This document shows positions 11,960-24,473 of a DNA stretch of 64,000 nucleotides, piece by piece (position 1 is the first letter of the stretch; each line of letters opens with the position of its first letter). Made by a program: the position numbers and the translations under genes. The DNA comes from Ruditapes philippinarum (lineage: Eukaryota): positions 124,001 to 188,000 of the forward strand of contig NW_026857983.1 of assembly GCF_026571515.1 (NCBI RefSeq), given 5' to 3'. Under the pieces are notes generated by a model that worked only from the letters and a program-made list of their open reading frames with translations, was not told where the DNA came from and did not search any database.

Positions 11960-13637
11960 AAAACATTACTAAATGTCCTTATTTCTACAACTGTTCTTGA
12001 ATTGATACCCCTGTTGTTACTTGCCGGTCACTGGCGACAATTAAGGTCGGATACAATGCCTCCAAAGGAATCCAATATGTGCCTCCCGTTGAGAAAATTA
12101 TATCTGCTCAAGTTGATAGTCACCTGTGTCCAGATGGACTTAAAGAAAAGGTCAACAAAACAGAAGAAACAAAATTATGGTGTGGATCTATGAGCATTGT
12201 CCTCAATAAAGTTTCCACCAAGGTACATAAACAACATCATAACTATCTGACATGATAATGTATTCTTAATTCATATGTAATATATTTCAACAGCATTAGA
12301 TATACTAGTATCATAGACTTTGTATCTTTATCCTATTTGCAGATTGTTGAAGACAAGTATGATGACGATGCTTTTCCTGGTAAGTTATAGAGTACTTACC
12401 TACAGTACATGTACTACTTTGTTTGATACAAACAGTAACCAATAGTGATCTATTTTATATTTAAAGATGATGCCTTCAAATCATTTTGAAAATAAATCAA
12501 AATTTCATTTGAAAATTAATATGAAAACTTCATTCCCATCATTATATAAAACCTTTCGTAGAGAACTAAACCGAATTGCCGCTATTTATTATTTATTCTG
12601 CTTATTGTAATAAAACTAAACATTCATTGTTTTGTATTTCATGTAGAATATCTATCACTATTCTATTAGAAAACTAAATATTTAATGGTGTATAATTTAT
12701 GTAGAAATTGCATCACTTGATATCACGGCATTTAACTGTTCCGAAAAGAAGACTGTACCGCTGGAAACACATCTTGTAGGTATTTCAAGTGATAAACAAC
12801 AAGGTAATCTATTTTATTGTTAATAATGTGAGGCATACGCAAAATTGATTTATAGTCAGTAATGATATGATAATATCCTTTCAAATTTGAAGACATATCT
12901 TTTAATTATCAAAATTGAAAGATGTTTGGCTGGTAATCTGAAAACTTACTAAAGTAAACTAAAATTAATTTTGTAGATTTGAGGATTTGAAATAAATCAG
13001 TTTATTATTGAATAAAATAAAATAGGTTCCTTGAAATAAGGATAAGTTACGAAAGTGCTATTGAATGAAATAGTATTTTTGCGCTCAACCATGAAAAATC
13101 ATATTTAAAGATTGTTTGTAGTCATGCCCCGCATGATCCTAATTAAATACTCTAATATTGAATAGATGACTGCATATTCCACTATTTCACTTGTCATTTA
13201 TTTTGTAGATCAAATGAAAGCTTCTTCGATGCTGATTTGGAATAGTACATACCCATCGTTTTCTTGTCCTAGGCTATGATTTGTGACAGACGACGGAACA
13301 ATACACATAGAAACGAGTGGGTTTTTCTACATTTCATCACAACTCAAGTTTAAACACTACAACACTACAGTATAAATGGCTCGGGCGCCAATTTTAAACA
13401 TTTCATTACAGAATATCAGAAGATAGAAGAGAGCAAGTACTGTTAGGAGGAGAAAAATCGTTTTGTAAAGTTCTGTCAGACAGTTTTGAATGCACAAGTT
13501 TTATTGGTGCTGTTTTCAAACTAGAGACCGGAGACCAGCTATATGTATCAACCTCTCATCCTTACAGTCTTGTTCCCGAGTCAAAAGATACTTATTTTAG
13601 CATTTTTAGTTTGTTATGTGCACATATTTTACCATAG
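11960..13637 (+). pseudogene. TNF-superfamily ligand copy A, pseudogene (exons 11960-12222, 12343-12379, 12705-12803, 13209-13637)
   Basis: Exon-by-exon homology to copies B, D and F. Lesions: 1-nt deletion in exon 2 (~12098), premature TGA at 13277-13279 (AGA in paralogs), acactaca duplication plus deletion at ~13355-13381, and a further frameshift near 13407. Confidence 0.9.
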
Positions 13638-13792
13638 ATAAAAATAAAGCTAAAGAAAAAATGGACATATATGTTTGTCTGAGTATTTTCAGTCTTTTTA
13701 ATATTTTCGTCATTTATATTAAAATTAAACGAGTTAAAGTAATTTTGTTTTAGAAGCATGCACCTTGTCCACTATGGATGTTATTTAGCACT

Positions 13793-13967
13793 AGCGGGCA
13801 ACAAGCATAGGGACACACATGAAAACAAAGGATACACTTAAAGCTGGACTATTCCTAAAACTGTAAATCAAATAATAAAGCGGGCAACAAGCATAGGGAC
13901 ACACATGAAAACAAAGGATACACTTAAAGCTGGACTATTCCTAAAACTGTAAATCAAATAATAAAGC
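13793..13967. repeat. 86-bp perfect tandem duplication in the 3' region of copy A
   Basis: agcgggcaacaagcatagggacacac...aaataataa occurs twice; single copy in the paralogous F flank (~55079-55165). Confidence 0.9.
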
Positions 13968-14712
13968 TAGTTTAGTTAAGAACTACTCTAATACATGTAG
14001 TATTACATGTCAACAGACTTTCTTAACATACATGTACATCGACATTTGTGGAATAATGTAGCAGGCGTAATAAAAATGATCTCACATTTGATCTCACGTG
14101 GATTTTAATGCCGATATTTTACATTAACACAATCCCTTTTTGTGTGTAATTATGTAATAATATGCTTTGTGAAATTCATACTTTTATCGCCATGTTCATT
14201 TAGTCTGTTAGTTTCAGTCCTCAACTTTTATGCATGTGAAATAGGAATCTTGTTTTAGAGCATGGAGAAAGAGAGTTCTTAAGAAAAATTTGTTATGATG
14301 CGGATCAATAACATAATTGTTATATTTTATTCATTCAAATTTCTCTCATTTAACGTATTGAACATTGTATAATAAAATAAAATGAATTGGTCTTCTAAGG
14401 GCACATTTTTCATTAGTGTTTCAAATATTTATAAAAAAACAATAAAAATGCATCATTTCGATTTTCTTAAATGATATTGTTTTAAACATTTTATGATAAA
14501 GTAATTTAGAACTAGCATACACGTGTATATTATGAATAATAACGTTTAATTCTGGAACGATTTATTATCTACTATATACACTTATGTGATATCAGATCAT
14601 GTATCCAACACTTACCAACAGAATCATATATTATTCTTTTATGATTTGTGTTCTAAAGTCACATGATACTGAATACTATCAACAAACTTATTTATGGAAT
14701 GACGGATCTTTC

Positions 14713-14988
14713 GGGGCGTCCGTGGCCAAGTGGTTAAGGTCGTTGACTTCAAATCACTTGCCCCTCACCGCTGTGGGTTCGAATCCCGACCGGGACTTTG
14801 GATTCTTTCATGTGAGGAAGCTATCCAGCTAGCTTGCGGAACGTCGGTGGTTCTACCCAGGTACCCATTCGTGCCTGAAATAATGCACGGAAGGACACCT
14901 GAGGTCTTCCTCTACCAGTAAAGCTGGAATGTCGCGATATGACCTATACTGTGTCGATGTGACGTTAAACCAAAACAAACAAACAAAA
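14713..14988 (+). mobile_element. Full-length tRNA(Ser-like)-derived SINE with 12-bp TSD
   Basis: A box TGGCCAAGTGG, B box GGTTCGAATCC, (CAAA)n tail. TSD gacggatctttc at 14701-14712 and 14989-15000. Empty site at ~55890 in the paralogous flank. Confidence 0.95.
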
Positions 14989-15133
14989 GACGGATCTTTC
15001 ATTATGGCCAAAATTCCCTTTGTGAGTCTGTCATTGTACTGTGTTACTCATATTTTGCTAGTAGTAACAAAGAGTTATCAAAATGTAGTGAAATGGTGGT
15101 GAAATAAAGAGGTTATTATACATTGTTGAATAC

Positions 15134-16300
15134 ATAGAGGATATTTGTTTGTTTGTGTGTAAGATGAAATTTTATTTCATCGAGTGGGCTTTAAAAACAG
15201 TATTCTCACGAGTGGCGAAGCCACGAGTGAGAATACTGTTTTTAAAGTTCACGAGATGAAATAAAATTACATCTTACACAACAAACAGACAAATTTTCTT
15301 TTTATTTTATGCTTAAAAACAAGTTAAAACGAAATTTCCATAATTTTATTGTTAATATTAAAACTGTTTCCCCCATTGAGAGCCCCATTTATTCGGAATT
15401 TCTCATTAAAAAAAAAGAAGTCTTGAGCTGAAAAATAAGTCCGCCAATCAACATTAAATGACGGTGATATTTATTAATTTTATTAAAAAAATATGAATGA
15501 TCGCTTGTTTTGATAATAAAAACAAACAATTCTTGTAGGAGAAAAAGTCCAACCATCCATCCATATTTCTGTTACTTAGTGCGAATTTATATTAGACCTG
15601 GCTTTGTAAATTGTAAGCGGCAGCCATTTTTTAAAGTTGTGTATTTCATGGGAGGAAAATAATTGTGTAAGATTCAGAGGGATATAATTTGGATTTGTTA
15701 GTCATACACATTTTTAAAAGAAAGAAAACTTATTTGAGGATTGTAACAGACAAAAAATAAGTGTTGACAGATGTGAAAACATTCAGAAAAGGAGCTAGGA
15801 AAATGGAAAACTTGGAAACCTGCTCAAGAACGCTGGGTTGATTTAACTTATTCTTCGAGTTATGGCTGTCAATGCTTTCAATTTTTCATAAAGCATACGG
15901 CAGTTATTGCTCGTAGGATACTTTAATATGCCCAAATGTCATCAAGAGCAGTTTTGCATGGGGAAGGAATGTATTTTTGAGACTGTCAAAATGAAACAAA
16001 AAAACGAAATTTGGTGATTGGAATGGAATGAATTTGAATGAATAGAAGTAAGTTTTCTTCTTTTTATTACTTTTGACATTTAATTTATTTATCAATTTCA
16101 GTTTTGCGTTTTCTTTAAACAGCCTGACATTGTCAGAATTGTCAGCAAAAATAAAATTGAGGTACCACATGGGGAAAATCTTAAAAAAGTAGTTTCGTCA
16201 TTGAAAAGAGTGAAATTATATTTTGATAATTTTCACTGTGAAATTACCAAATATAATTTTCACGGATAAATCAGTAATCCACTGAAAAGCATAAAATAAA
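15134..16300. mobile_element. Non-autonomous element with a long terminal hairpin and asymmetric inverted repeats (Helentron/HINE-like architecture, tentative)
   Basis: ~80-bp-arm palindrome 15137-15300 centred on GTGGC-GAA-GCCAC. tttattttatgctt (15301-15314) is inverted at aagcataaaataaa (16287-16300). Absent at the paralogous site ~56157. Confidence 0.75.
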
Positions 16301-17272
16301 ATACTGATTTAACGGGACTCGTACACAGCTGCCTATTTTTGACTCGAGTAGCACCTGGTTCAATGTAGATTTAATAGATGTTTTTTTCTTCCAAAAAAGT
16401 CCAACAATGTTCAATAACATTTTATTAACATATATAGATAAGGAACGGAACCTTATGTCGAAAACAAATTTTTATCAAGCCACTTACTCAAGTGTAATAT
16501 TTGAGACTTTTATTACATAACTTAACAAAAAATTTAATGAACCAACATGAACACATTTTGATTCATATCCCATTCTATAATCAGTACAGTGTAATCGATG
16601 CTAAGTACACTAGGCGAATGCTTTTTGTGCCTCTGAAAAGCCAATCGTTTGTCTATCCTACTGAAAATTTATAAATTATACATGAGGAGATGTTTAAGAA
16701 AATTACCGATTTCGGACGAGACTAATAATTTTCTGTGCTGTCAAGAGTATAATGTTAAAAGAACGAACTTCAAATCTTGTGCGAGTGCTTGCACAATATT
16801 CATTTTTGACTTTTTTCATATTTAAACGGACGTTCTAAAGAGGATTGCAAAGTAGATGCATATATATATATATCATACAATTATTGGCTAGTGAGCCATT
16901 GAATATGATGTGATATTCACCGGTAGATGATATATCTATTGTGACGTCATCACTTTATTTACCATGGCGGCGAGCTATTTATAGCTTTTTTCGCCGCAGT
17001 TAAAATAACTTAAACATATAAGGCCAATTAGCACGAAGAAAAAGCAACGGCCGCTATGGTGTAGTGGTTGGGTCAGACTTTCGTATTGATTTTAACATCG
17101 ACTCACATTATGAGAAAGGGTCCTTAATCCTAGTTTCTAGGAGAATGAAATGCCTGACACATTAAAATGATCTTGTTATATAGGGGTAGCAAAGTTTTGA
17201 AATACATGAAATATTTCATTTTCTTAAAAAAAAAAAAAATAGTGGTAGTTACAAATAAGTTTTCATACTTAA

Positions 17273-17632
17273 AGGGACTCCACTGAGATTTTTTTGACTT
17301 GATGGGACTGAAAATATTTTTTCAGATAAATGTACCATTTGGTGTAGGTTTAGATAACTAATCTTTGTGCATAACTTCAGATCATTCGCGCACTTCGTTT
17401 TTCCAGAAAAATTATTCAAATTGTAAAATATGACTAAAAATGAAGTTTAAAGCGTTTAAACGCTTTTCACTCAAATCGGGCTAAGAAAAGCATAAAAATG
17501 CGATTTTCAATTTATTTCAAAGTATATTTCTTAACTATCTTTGCATATATTTCTGTTTAAAGTTCCCAAGCTCATTTATGTAAGAATTTCAAATGTTATG
17601 TTTTTAGGCTTTTAAACCTCAGTAAAGTCCCT
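17273..17632. mobile_element. Kolobok-type MITE copy 1 (TTAA TSD)
   Basis: TTAA|AGGGACT...AGTCCCT|TTAA. Empty site catacttaaaaatatc at ~26731 and ~45625. RR...YY termini with TTAA TSD fit Kolobok rather than piggyBac. Confidence 0.85.
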
Positions 17633-17909
17633 TTAAAAATATCTCAATTTCATCCAGTAACTTTTTTTTTTATTTCCTATCTTACGGTTTTTCCTGCACT
17701 TTTTCAGTCAATCGCTGGCCATGTTACAATGCAATAATTATAGCCACGAATTTACTTCCTGGTTAACTTGGTTACTAGTTTATTTATGGATCGAAACTTT
17801 ATCACTAGTTTATTTATAGATCGAAATCATAATATGTTTATTTTCTTACCATTTCACTTCCAGTAGTAGCATATTTTGCGTGTATAGTGTGATTAAATTA
17901 CTGATTATA

Positions 17910-20900
17910 ATGGAATCAAACAAATCAATTACAGAAGATAGATCACATTTCACACTTCAGGTAAACGTTTTTTAAGTTTTAAATGGTTACGTAAAAATAT
18001 ATCTTGTTGTTTCATTGATTAGGATCTACGTCATGTATATGCCGCTGTTAATTTTTCTATATGTGGTACATGTAAGATAATTTACAATTGTTTTTTAACG
18101 AAACAATAATAACGCATTTCATTCATATTTTCCGTTCATTTTATGTTTTCTTTGAACATGACTCTAAGTTATCATCTCAAATATACTTACGCCTATCAGT
18201 TGATAAATTTATATAGGAAAAATGCGTAAGCAACGTCATGATGTCATCCTAAGCATACAACTCATTAATTATGGCGGCAAAATGACGTCAATATAAACTG
18301 ACATGGGTGGGATTTGAAGAATGATTAATCAAGCACTGATATAAACACAATATAATGTAGCCTGAAACGTAAGTTTAAATTATTGAAAACTTGATAAAAT
18401 AATGATTGAATAACATTTTTTCTTATATTTTTATTTCAATATTTTATACAAAAGCGACTGTATGGTGGGAAATAGAACGTTATACGAACGAACTCCGCTT
18501 GAGAAATAGTGTTAGTGATCTCTCTCATTCTCACTTGTAAGATTGAATCGAGATAATATCAGTTTCAGTGGTGTTTATCGGCTATTAAACACCGGTTTTG
18601 TCGTTTCGATGAAAAATAATAACCACTGAGGCCTTCGACTTTCGTGGTCAATTTCTACACATAAAACCTAAACCGGTGTTAAGTAGCCGATAAACAACGC
18701 TGAAACCGATATTTCTTCTTAAATAACCTCCCTGCATCGTCCTTTTTGTCCCTGTTGCTATTCGATGTCATGCAGGTAGTCTTTAAGCCAGTTATATGTA
18801 ACTGTTGTTGGTTGCGTATCTTGATCAACAAGTCTTTAAGGAATAAACCTATTTATTATTGACCATATGTGTGATACTGTCATTGTTTTTAACTATGCCG
18901 TTGTAACATTTGCATTTCTGTGCAATTTTTCTGTCATATGAATCTTCCAATGTATCTCAACAATGATTCACCATGATCACCTACTTGTAACTATCACTCT
19001 TACGTACAACTTCCAGAAAAGTGGCTTTCGAACACGTACAGATATACCTCAAATATTTGTTAATCAAATACAGAAAGTGTATAGGGAAAATACCTTAGAT
19101 AACAATGTATTTCGAAACGATATCGGGGTATTTATAGACTACACATATCATTTTGCTCTATGAATTATCAAATATGATTTACGTGCACATTTAATACTTT
19201 GCCCCTGTAAAGCCTACGATATTAACATAGCTTTTACAACTTTATAATTTTCGTTGATTAGGAACACTAAGACTAAGGAATATGTATTTCATACTTAGAA
19301 CTGACAGTTGATCTCATTAGATAATCATCCTTGTCTAAAATCTGCATTGAATTGTAAATAGGAAATATTGCAAGAATGTCCTGTTTTGATGTGTTTTACC
19401 TTTCGAGTTCATAATGTTAATTTGTACGTAGAAGCCCGTTATTGTGTTTTCAACACGGAAACGGATTTTTCAATCATATAACGCATCTAGAGAAAACTTA
19501 ATAGCAAATAACAGCACGTATACAGTATTAAAAATAAAGAAATACAAATTATAATTTTTGGATTCTTTACATGCTGATATGCTCATTCATTACTGATTTA
19601 CTATTGATGATGTTCAGCCGTTACTTATAAGGCATATTTATTAGCTGATAGGGAACAGTTCCTAACTTATGACGTGAAAAATATAGATAGACCTAAAAAC
19701 ATAATTTACAATTACAAAATGTAACGCTTTGTAAAATCAAAGTTTAAAACCTTCACTCCAAAAGCATACAAAGTGGTTCCGACCGAGCCTACCTATGCAA
19801 TATATTAAAACAAACATCCCTGTATTTTCATTTCAGAAAAAAATACTGATCATTCTTATTTCTACAACTGTTGCTGAACGTATGTCCCTGTTTTCACTTG
19901 CCGGTCACTTGCGACAACTAAGGACGGGTATAATGGCTCCGGATCCGACGGAAAACAACATGTGCCTCCCGTTGGGAAAATTTATATCTGTTGAAGATGA
20001 TAGTCACCAGTGTCCAGGCGGACTTAAGGAGAAGGGCAACGAAACAGAAGAAACAGAACAAACAAGATTATGTTGTGGATCTATGAGCATTGCCATAGAA
20101 AATCTTTCCGCCAAGGTACATAAACAACATCATAACTATCTGATATGATTAAGTATTATTTAATTCATATGTACTACATTTCAACAGCATTAGATATGCC
20201 ATTTACTTTGTATCTTTATCTTATTTTCAGATTGTTAAAGACAAGTATGATGACGATGCTTTTCCTGGTAAGTTATAATATACTTACTTACAGTACATGC
20301 ACCACTTTGTTTGATACAAACAGTAACCAATAATGATCTATTTTATTTTTAAAGATGATGCCTTCAAATAATTTTGAAAATAAATCAAAATTTCATTTGA
20401 TAATTAATATGAAAACTTCATTCCCATCATTATATAAAACCTTTCGTAGAGAACTAAACTGAACTGCCGCTTTTTATTCTGCTTATTGTAGAAAACTAAA
20501 CATTCATTGTTTTATATTTCATGTAGAATATCTATCCCTATTCTATTAGAACACTAAAATTTAACGGTGTATAATTTATGTAGAAATTACATCACTTGAT
20601 ATCACGGCATTTAACTGTTCCGAAAAGAAGACAGTACAGCTGGAAGCAAATCTTGTAGGTATTTCGGGTGATAATCAACAAGGTAATCTATGACAATTTA
20701 TTGATTTATTGTCAATTATGTGAGGCACACGCAAAATTGATTTATAGTCAATAATATCCTTTCAAATTTGAAGACATATTTATTAAAATTGTAAGATTGT
20801 TGGCTTGTGACCTGAACACTCATTTAAGTCAATTAGAATTAGCGTATAGATTTCGTAAATTTAAAATCAATTCTTTCATTGTTGAATAAAATGAAAAATA

Positions 20901-21426
20901 TGGGTACTTTACGAAATTGCTGTTGAATGAAAAGTATCTTTGCGCTGAATCATGACAAATCATTACCATTCTACATGTTATTTATTTTGTAGATCAAATG
21001 AACGCTTCTTCGAGGTTGATTTGGAATAGTACATACCCATCGTTTTCTTGTCCTAAGCTAAGATATCTGACAGACAACGGAACAATATACATCGAAACGA
21101 GTGGGTATTTCTACATTTCATCACAACTCAAGTCAAAACACTACTCCATAAATGGCACAGCCGGAGTTTCGGGCGCCAATTTTAAACATTTTATTTACAG
21201 AATATCAGAACATAGGAAAGAGCAAGTTCTGTTAGAAGGAGAAAAATCATTCTGTAAAGTTGCTTCAGACAGTTTTGAATGTACAAGTTTCATAGGTGCT
21301 ATTTTCAAACTGGAGACCGGAGTCCAGCTATATGTAACCACCTCTCACCCAGGTAGTCTTGTTCCCGAGTCTAAAGATAATTACTTTAGCATTTATAGTG
21401 TGTTATGTACACATATATTTCCATAG
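17910..21426 (+). CDS. TNF-superfamily ligand copy B, intact, 299 aa (exons 17910-17960, 19837-20115, 20231-20267, 20584-20682, 20993-21426)
   Basis: All junctions GT-AG and in phase (900 nt). Short N-tail, hydrophobic segment, Cys-rich stalk, then THD motifs ANLVG, LIWN, GTIYIETSGYFYISSQL, SFIGAIFKLETG.QLYV, NYFSIY. Confidence 0.92.
18555..18713. repeat. Imperfect ~160-bp palindrome in intron 1 of copy B (homologs at ~28800-28941 and ~48556-48707)
   Basis: aatatcagtttcagtggtgtttatcggctattaaacaccggttt is inverted at aaaccggtgttaagtagccgataaacaacgctgaaaccgatatt. Confidence 0.8.
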
Positions 21427-22094
21427 ATAAAATTATGCCAAAGAAAAGATGAGCGCATTTATGTTATTTGGCGGTATATTTCAATTGTGTTTATTTCAAT
21501 ATTCAGTAATGAGGAACTCACTGAATTTTTATCTACTAAACTAAAGCTATATGACGAAATAAGTAAAGTAACGTTCAGAGGAACACATCCTGTCGACTAT
21601 ACTAACAGGCAACAAGGAAAGGAAGGGACAAACATGAAAACAAAGGAATCACTTTAAACAAGCTTATACCTGAAATCATAAATAAAAAAGAATGTTGCTT
21701 ATTTAATTAATAACTACTCTCATAATTATAAAACATTGCCGAAGACATCGTCTTTTGAGTTGTTATGTAGCGGCAAACATTTAGTCAAAAATGATCTTAA
21801 AAATGATTTTAATGCAGATATTTTATATAAAAATCATTTTGTGTGAACATATGTAATAATAATGCTTTGTGAAATTCATACCTTTATCACCATGGTCATA
21901 TATTTTGTAAGTTTTGGTTTGAAAAAAAAAACAATAAAAAAAACTTGCATGTAAGTGAAATTAGGAGTTTTGTGGTACAGCAGGAAAATAAGAGAATTTT
22001 TCAGAAAACGTCGTTATGATGTGAATGAATAGCATTATTGCTTACTTGTGTCACTTATTTAGATGCTTCTCATTAAAACATATCTAACGAACTG

Positions 22095-22397
22095 TTTTAT
22101 TATGCCCCCATTCGAAGAATAGGGGGTATATTGTTTTGTTAATGTTGGTCGGTTGGTTTTTCCGTCGGTAGACCACATGGTTTCCGCTGATTATCTTTTA
22201 AATATTTATAACACAGTTTCCATATTTCATTAATTGATTAGTGATATGTAGTAGATGACCCCTATAGATTTTGGGGTTCAAATGTCAAGGTCACATGGGT
22301 ATTGAATGCCAGAATGGTTTCAGCTCATTATCTTGAAAACTATTTATCACTTAGTCTTTCACTTTTTGGCTGGCTATAACTAGTAGATGACCCCTTT
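22095..22397 (+). mobile_element. Truncated HINE/pearl-like element with satellite-type core
   Basis: ttttattatgcccccattcgaagaatagggggtatattg start, gtcg microsatellite, tagatgacccct...gtcaaggtcac core; 3' part deleted relative to the copy at 35081. Confidence 0.75.
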
Positions 22398-24251
22398 ATC
22401 AAAAGGCACAAAAATGTTTTTTTTTTAATAGTTATACGTAATACTTTTAGGGTGCAGTTATTTGAAACTTTACAAGGCTCTTAAAAAGTAATAAGGTTAT
22501 TTTGTGAGACGTAAATGGATAAAAGGATCCGTTTCATTTTATAAAACGTGAAGATATCATTTGCTAAGATCATTACCTGAAACTAAGAAAGAATTTTCCT
22601 GTTTGTAATCCAATATGAAATGAAACTCCTTTGTATGTAACCAACCTTTTTTTTTTTTTGGGGGGGGGGGGGGTTCGTTTATATGTGATTAATCACGTTA
22701 TTTGAATTCAATCAAATAACAGTTAACAATCCTACGGTATTTTGGTACGATATGTATCGTACATTTACGTACATTTACAGTTCCTTTTGTGTAACCATAT
22801 CAGATTGGATATGATGAATTTTAAAATTGTTTGTTTAAACAATTAAAACCACAATTACCCGTGTTTAATGAACGTCAAAACTTTAGTTACATGGTAGTAA
22901 TGATGAAAGAAAGATACGCTATGTTTTGTATATGCTTTAAATGGAATGAAACAAACTTCTATCATTTTTGGCGAACTTTCATTAGCTTTTAACTATCTGG
23001 GTTAAATCGGAACGAAACAAATGGATAAGATAGGGTTTCCAATAATGATTTAAGTTTGTACTCTGAAAGTGAAAACGATGGAGTACAGTAGTGATATAAT
23101 ATGGAATTTTTTGACGGGAAAAATGAGATGAGATCATGTAGGATTACGATAAACGATTTATGTTTGAAAATTATATGGCACAAACGCTTTAAGTTTATTA
23201 CATTTTGATAGGTGTGAAATTAAATTGCTTATCAAACTCGTTTACAAAAATGTTATAAAGCACGACAGATGTCTATGTTATATTAATTTCTTTAACTCGT
23301 GTAATCAAATTTTATATGACATGACAACTCATGTGAGACCATTTATGTCTGTACTGTGTAACTAAAAAACGAAACCGTTGTTTAAAGTGACATTATGCTC
23401 ATATTTTCATTGTCAAGTTGAGCTGAATTTGCTATATATTTCAAAAGATTACCTGTTTAAATGGTGTTTGACCAATAGTTTATATTGGAAAATGTTGAGG
23501 AATGGCGGAATGGGTTTGCGTGTAATATAATCCGGTGCATTTATTCTATACTATGATTCATACTTGTATTGTATTCGCGAACAACAAAATGCTTTCACAA
23601 TGAGCCGTATATATTTCTATCTTTGACCATGACTACTTTATTACTGTACCGTCTTATGCGTCATTAAAGAACAACTCGTATGCTCTATACACGGAAATTC
23701 ATAAATATACCAAGGATACATTCAAAATATACAATTGTAATCAAACTTAGTTATGCAGCTTGAGTGTATTATGTGACTCATTCGAAACTGAAGAATATCT
23801 TAACAAGTACAAGTGTTGCTGCAATGCAGAAATTGAGAAGCTCCGCGCAAAAAATCGCTCATTACAGATACCTTACTAAATCATTCCTACCCACAGGTCA
23901 TGTTCTATTCAGATTAAGTACTATTGTACATGATTGCGGATGTTTTGTAAATCATTTTTGCATAGATATACTAATCGTATGCACTGTCAATGAAATGGGG
24001 GCCAGATATCAAATTAAAACAAATATGCTTTCACTGATGCCTACCTAATTCCAATACAAACAAGGCTTACAAGACTTGTAAATGTAATGTGATACGACAG
24101 TAGTGCATCATTGTTCTATTTATGTCACTTCTGTAGTTAGTAATATAAAATGTTATAAAATATCAAACATGCACATTTTCTTTTTCACCTAAAACACTAC
24201 TTATGTTTTACAAATAGCAACAACTAATCATGGTAAGAAATATAAAAAGCC

Positions 24252-24473
24252 TTCTGTTTGTTTGTTTGTTTGTTTCATTGTACGCCTTTTCCCAACAGTA
24301 TTTCAGTCATATAGGCGGGTAGTTTCCTAACCATCGTTCCTGGAGAGTAACACCAGTACTAGACAACCTTCCTCCGCGCTAAACTACCAAAGCATCTCCC
24401 GGGGATCGAACCCACGCCAGAGAGGTACCTGGATTAGAAGTCATCGACTTTAACCCCTCGACCACGGAGGCGG
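24252..24473 (-). mobile_element. tRNA-derived SINE (second family), minus strand
   Basis: Reverse complement begins gcctccgtggtcgaggggttaaagtcgatgac...gggttcgatccc and ends in (AAAC)n. Imperfect TSD tataaaaagcc(tt/at)...gt. Empty site at ~44550. Confidence 0.88.

Noticed and set aside
14713-14796. tRNA gene (Sec or opal suppressor)
   Set aside because: Acceptor and anticodon stems pair poorly, and it continues into a SINE body with a tail and TSD.
20145-20333. ORFs 20145-20333 and 32990-33172 as conserved small membrane proteins
   Set aside because: They are off-frame readings across TNF exon 3 and its flanking introns; the similarity comes from the duplication.
21427-22090. AU-rich instability elements in TNF 3' UTRs
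   Set aside because: ATTTA occurrences are not clustered beyond expectation for DNA this AT-rich.
23764-24048. Duplicated ORF MYYVTHSKLK (also 44057-44287)
   Set aside because: Non-ATG start, the frames diverge by frameshift between the copies, and no recognisable domain.
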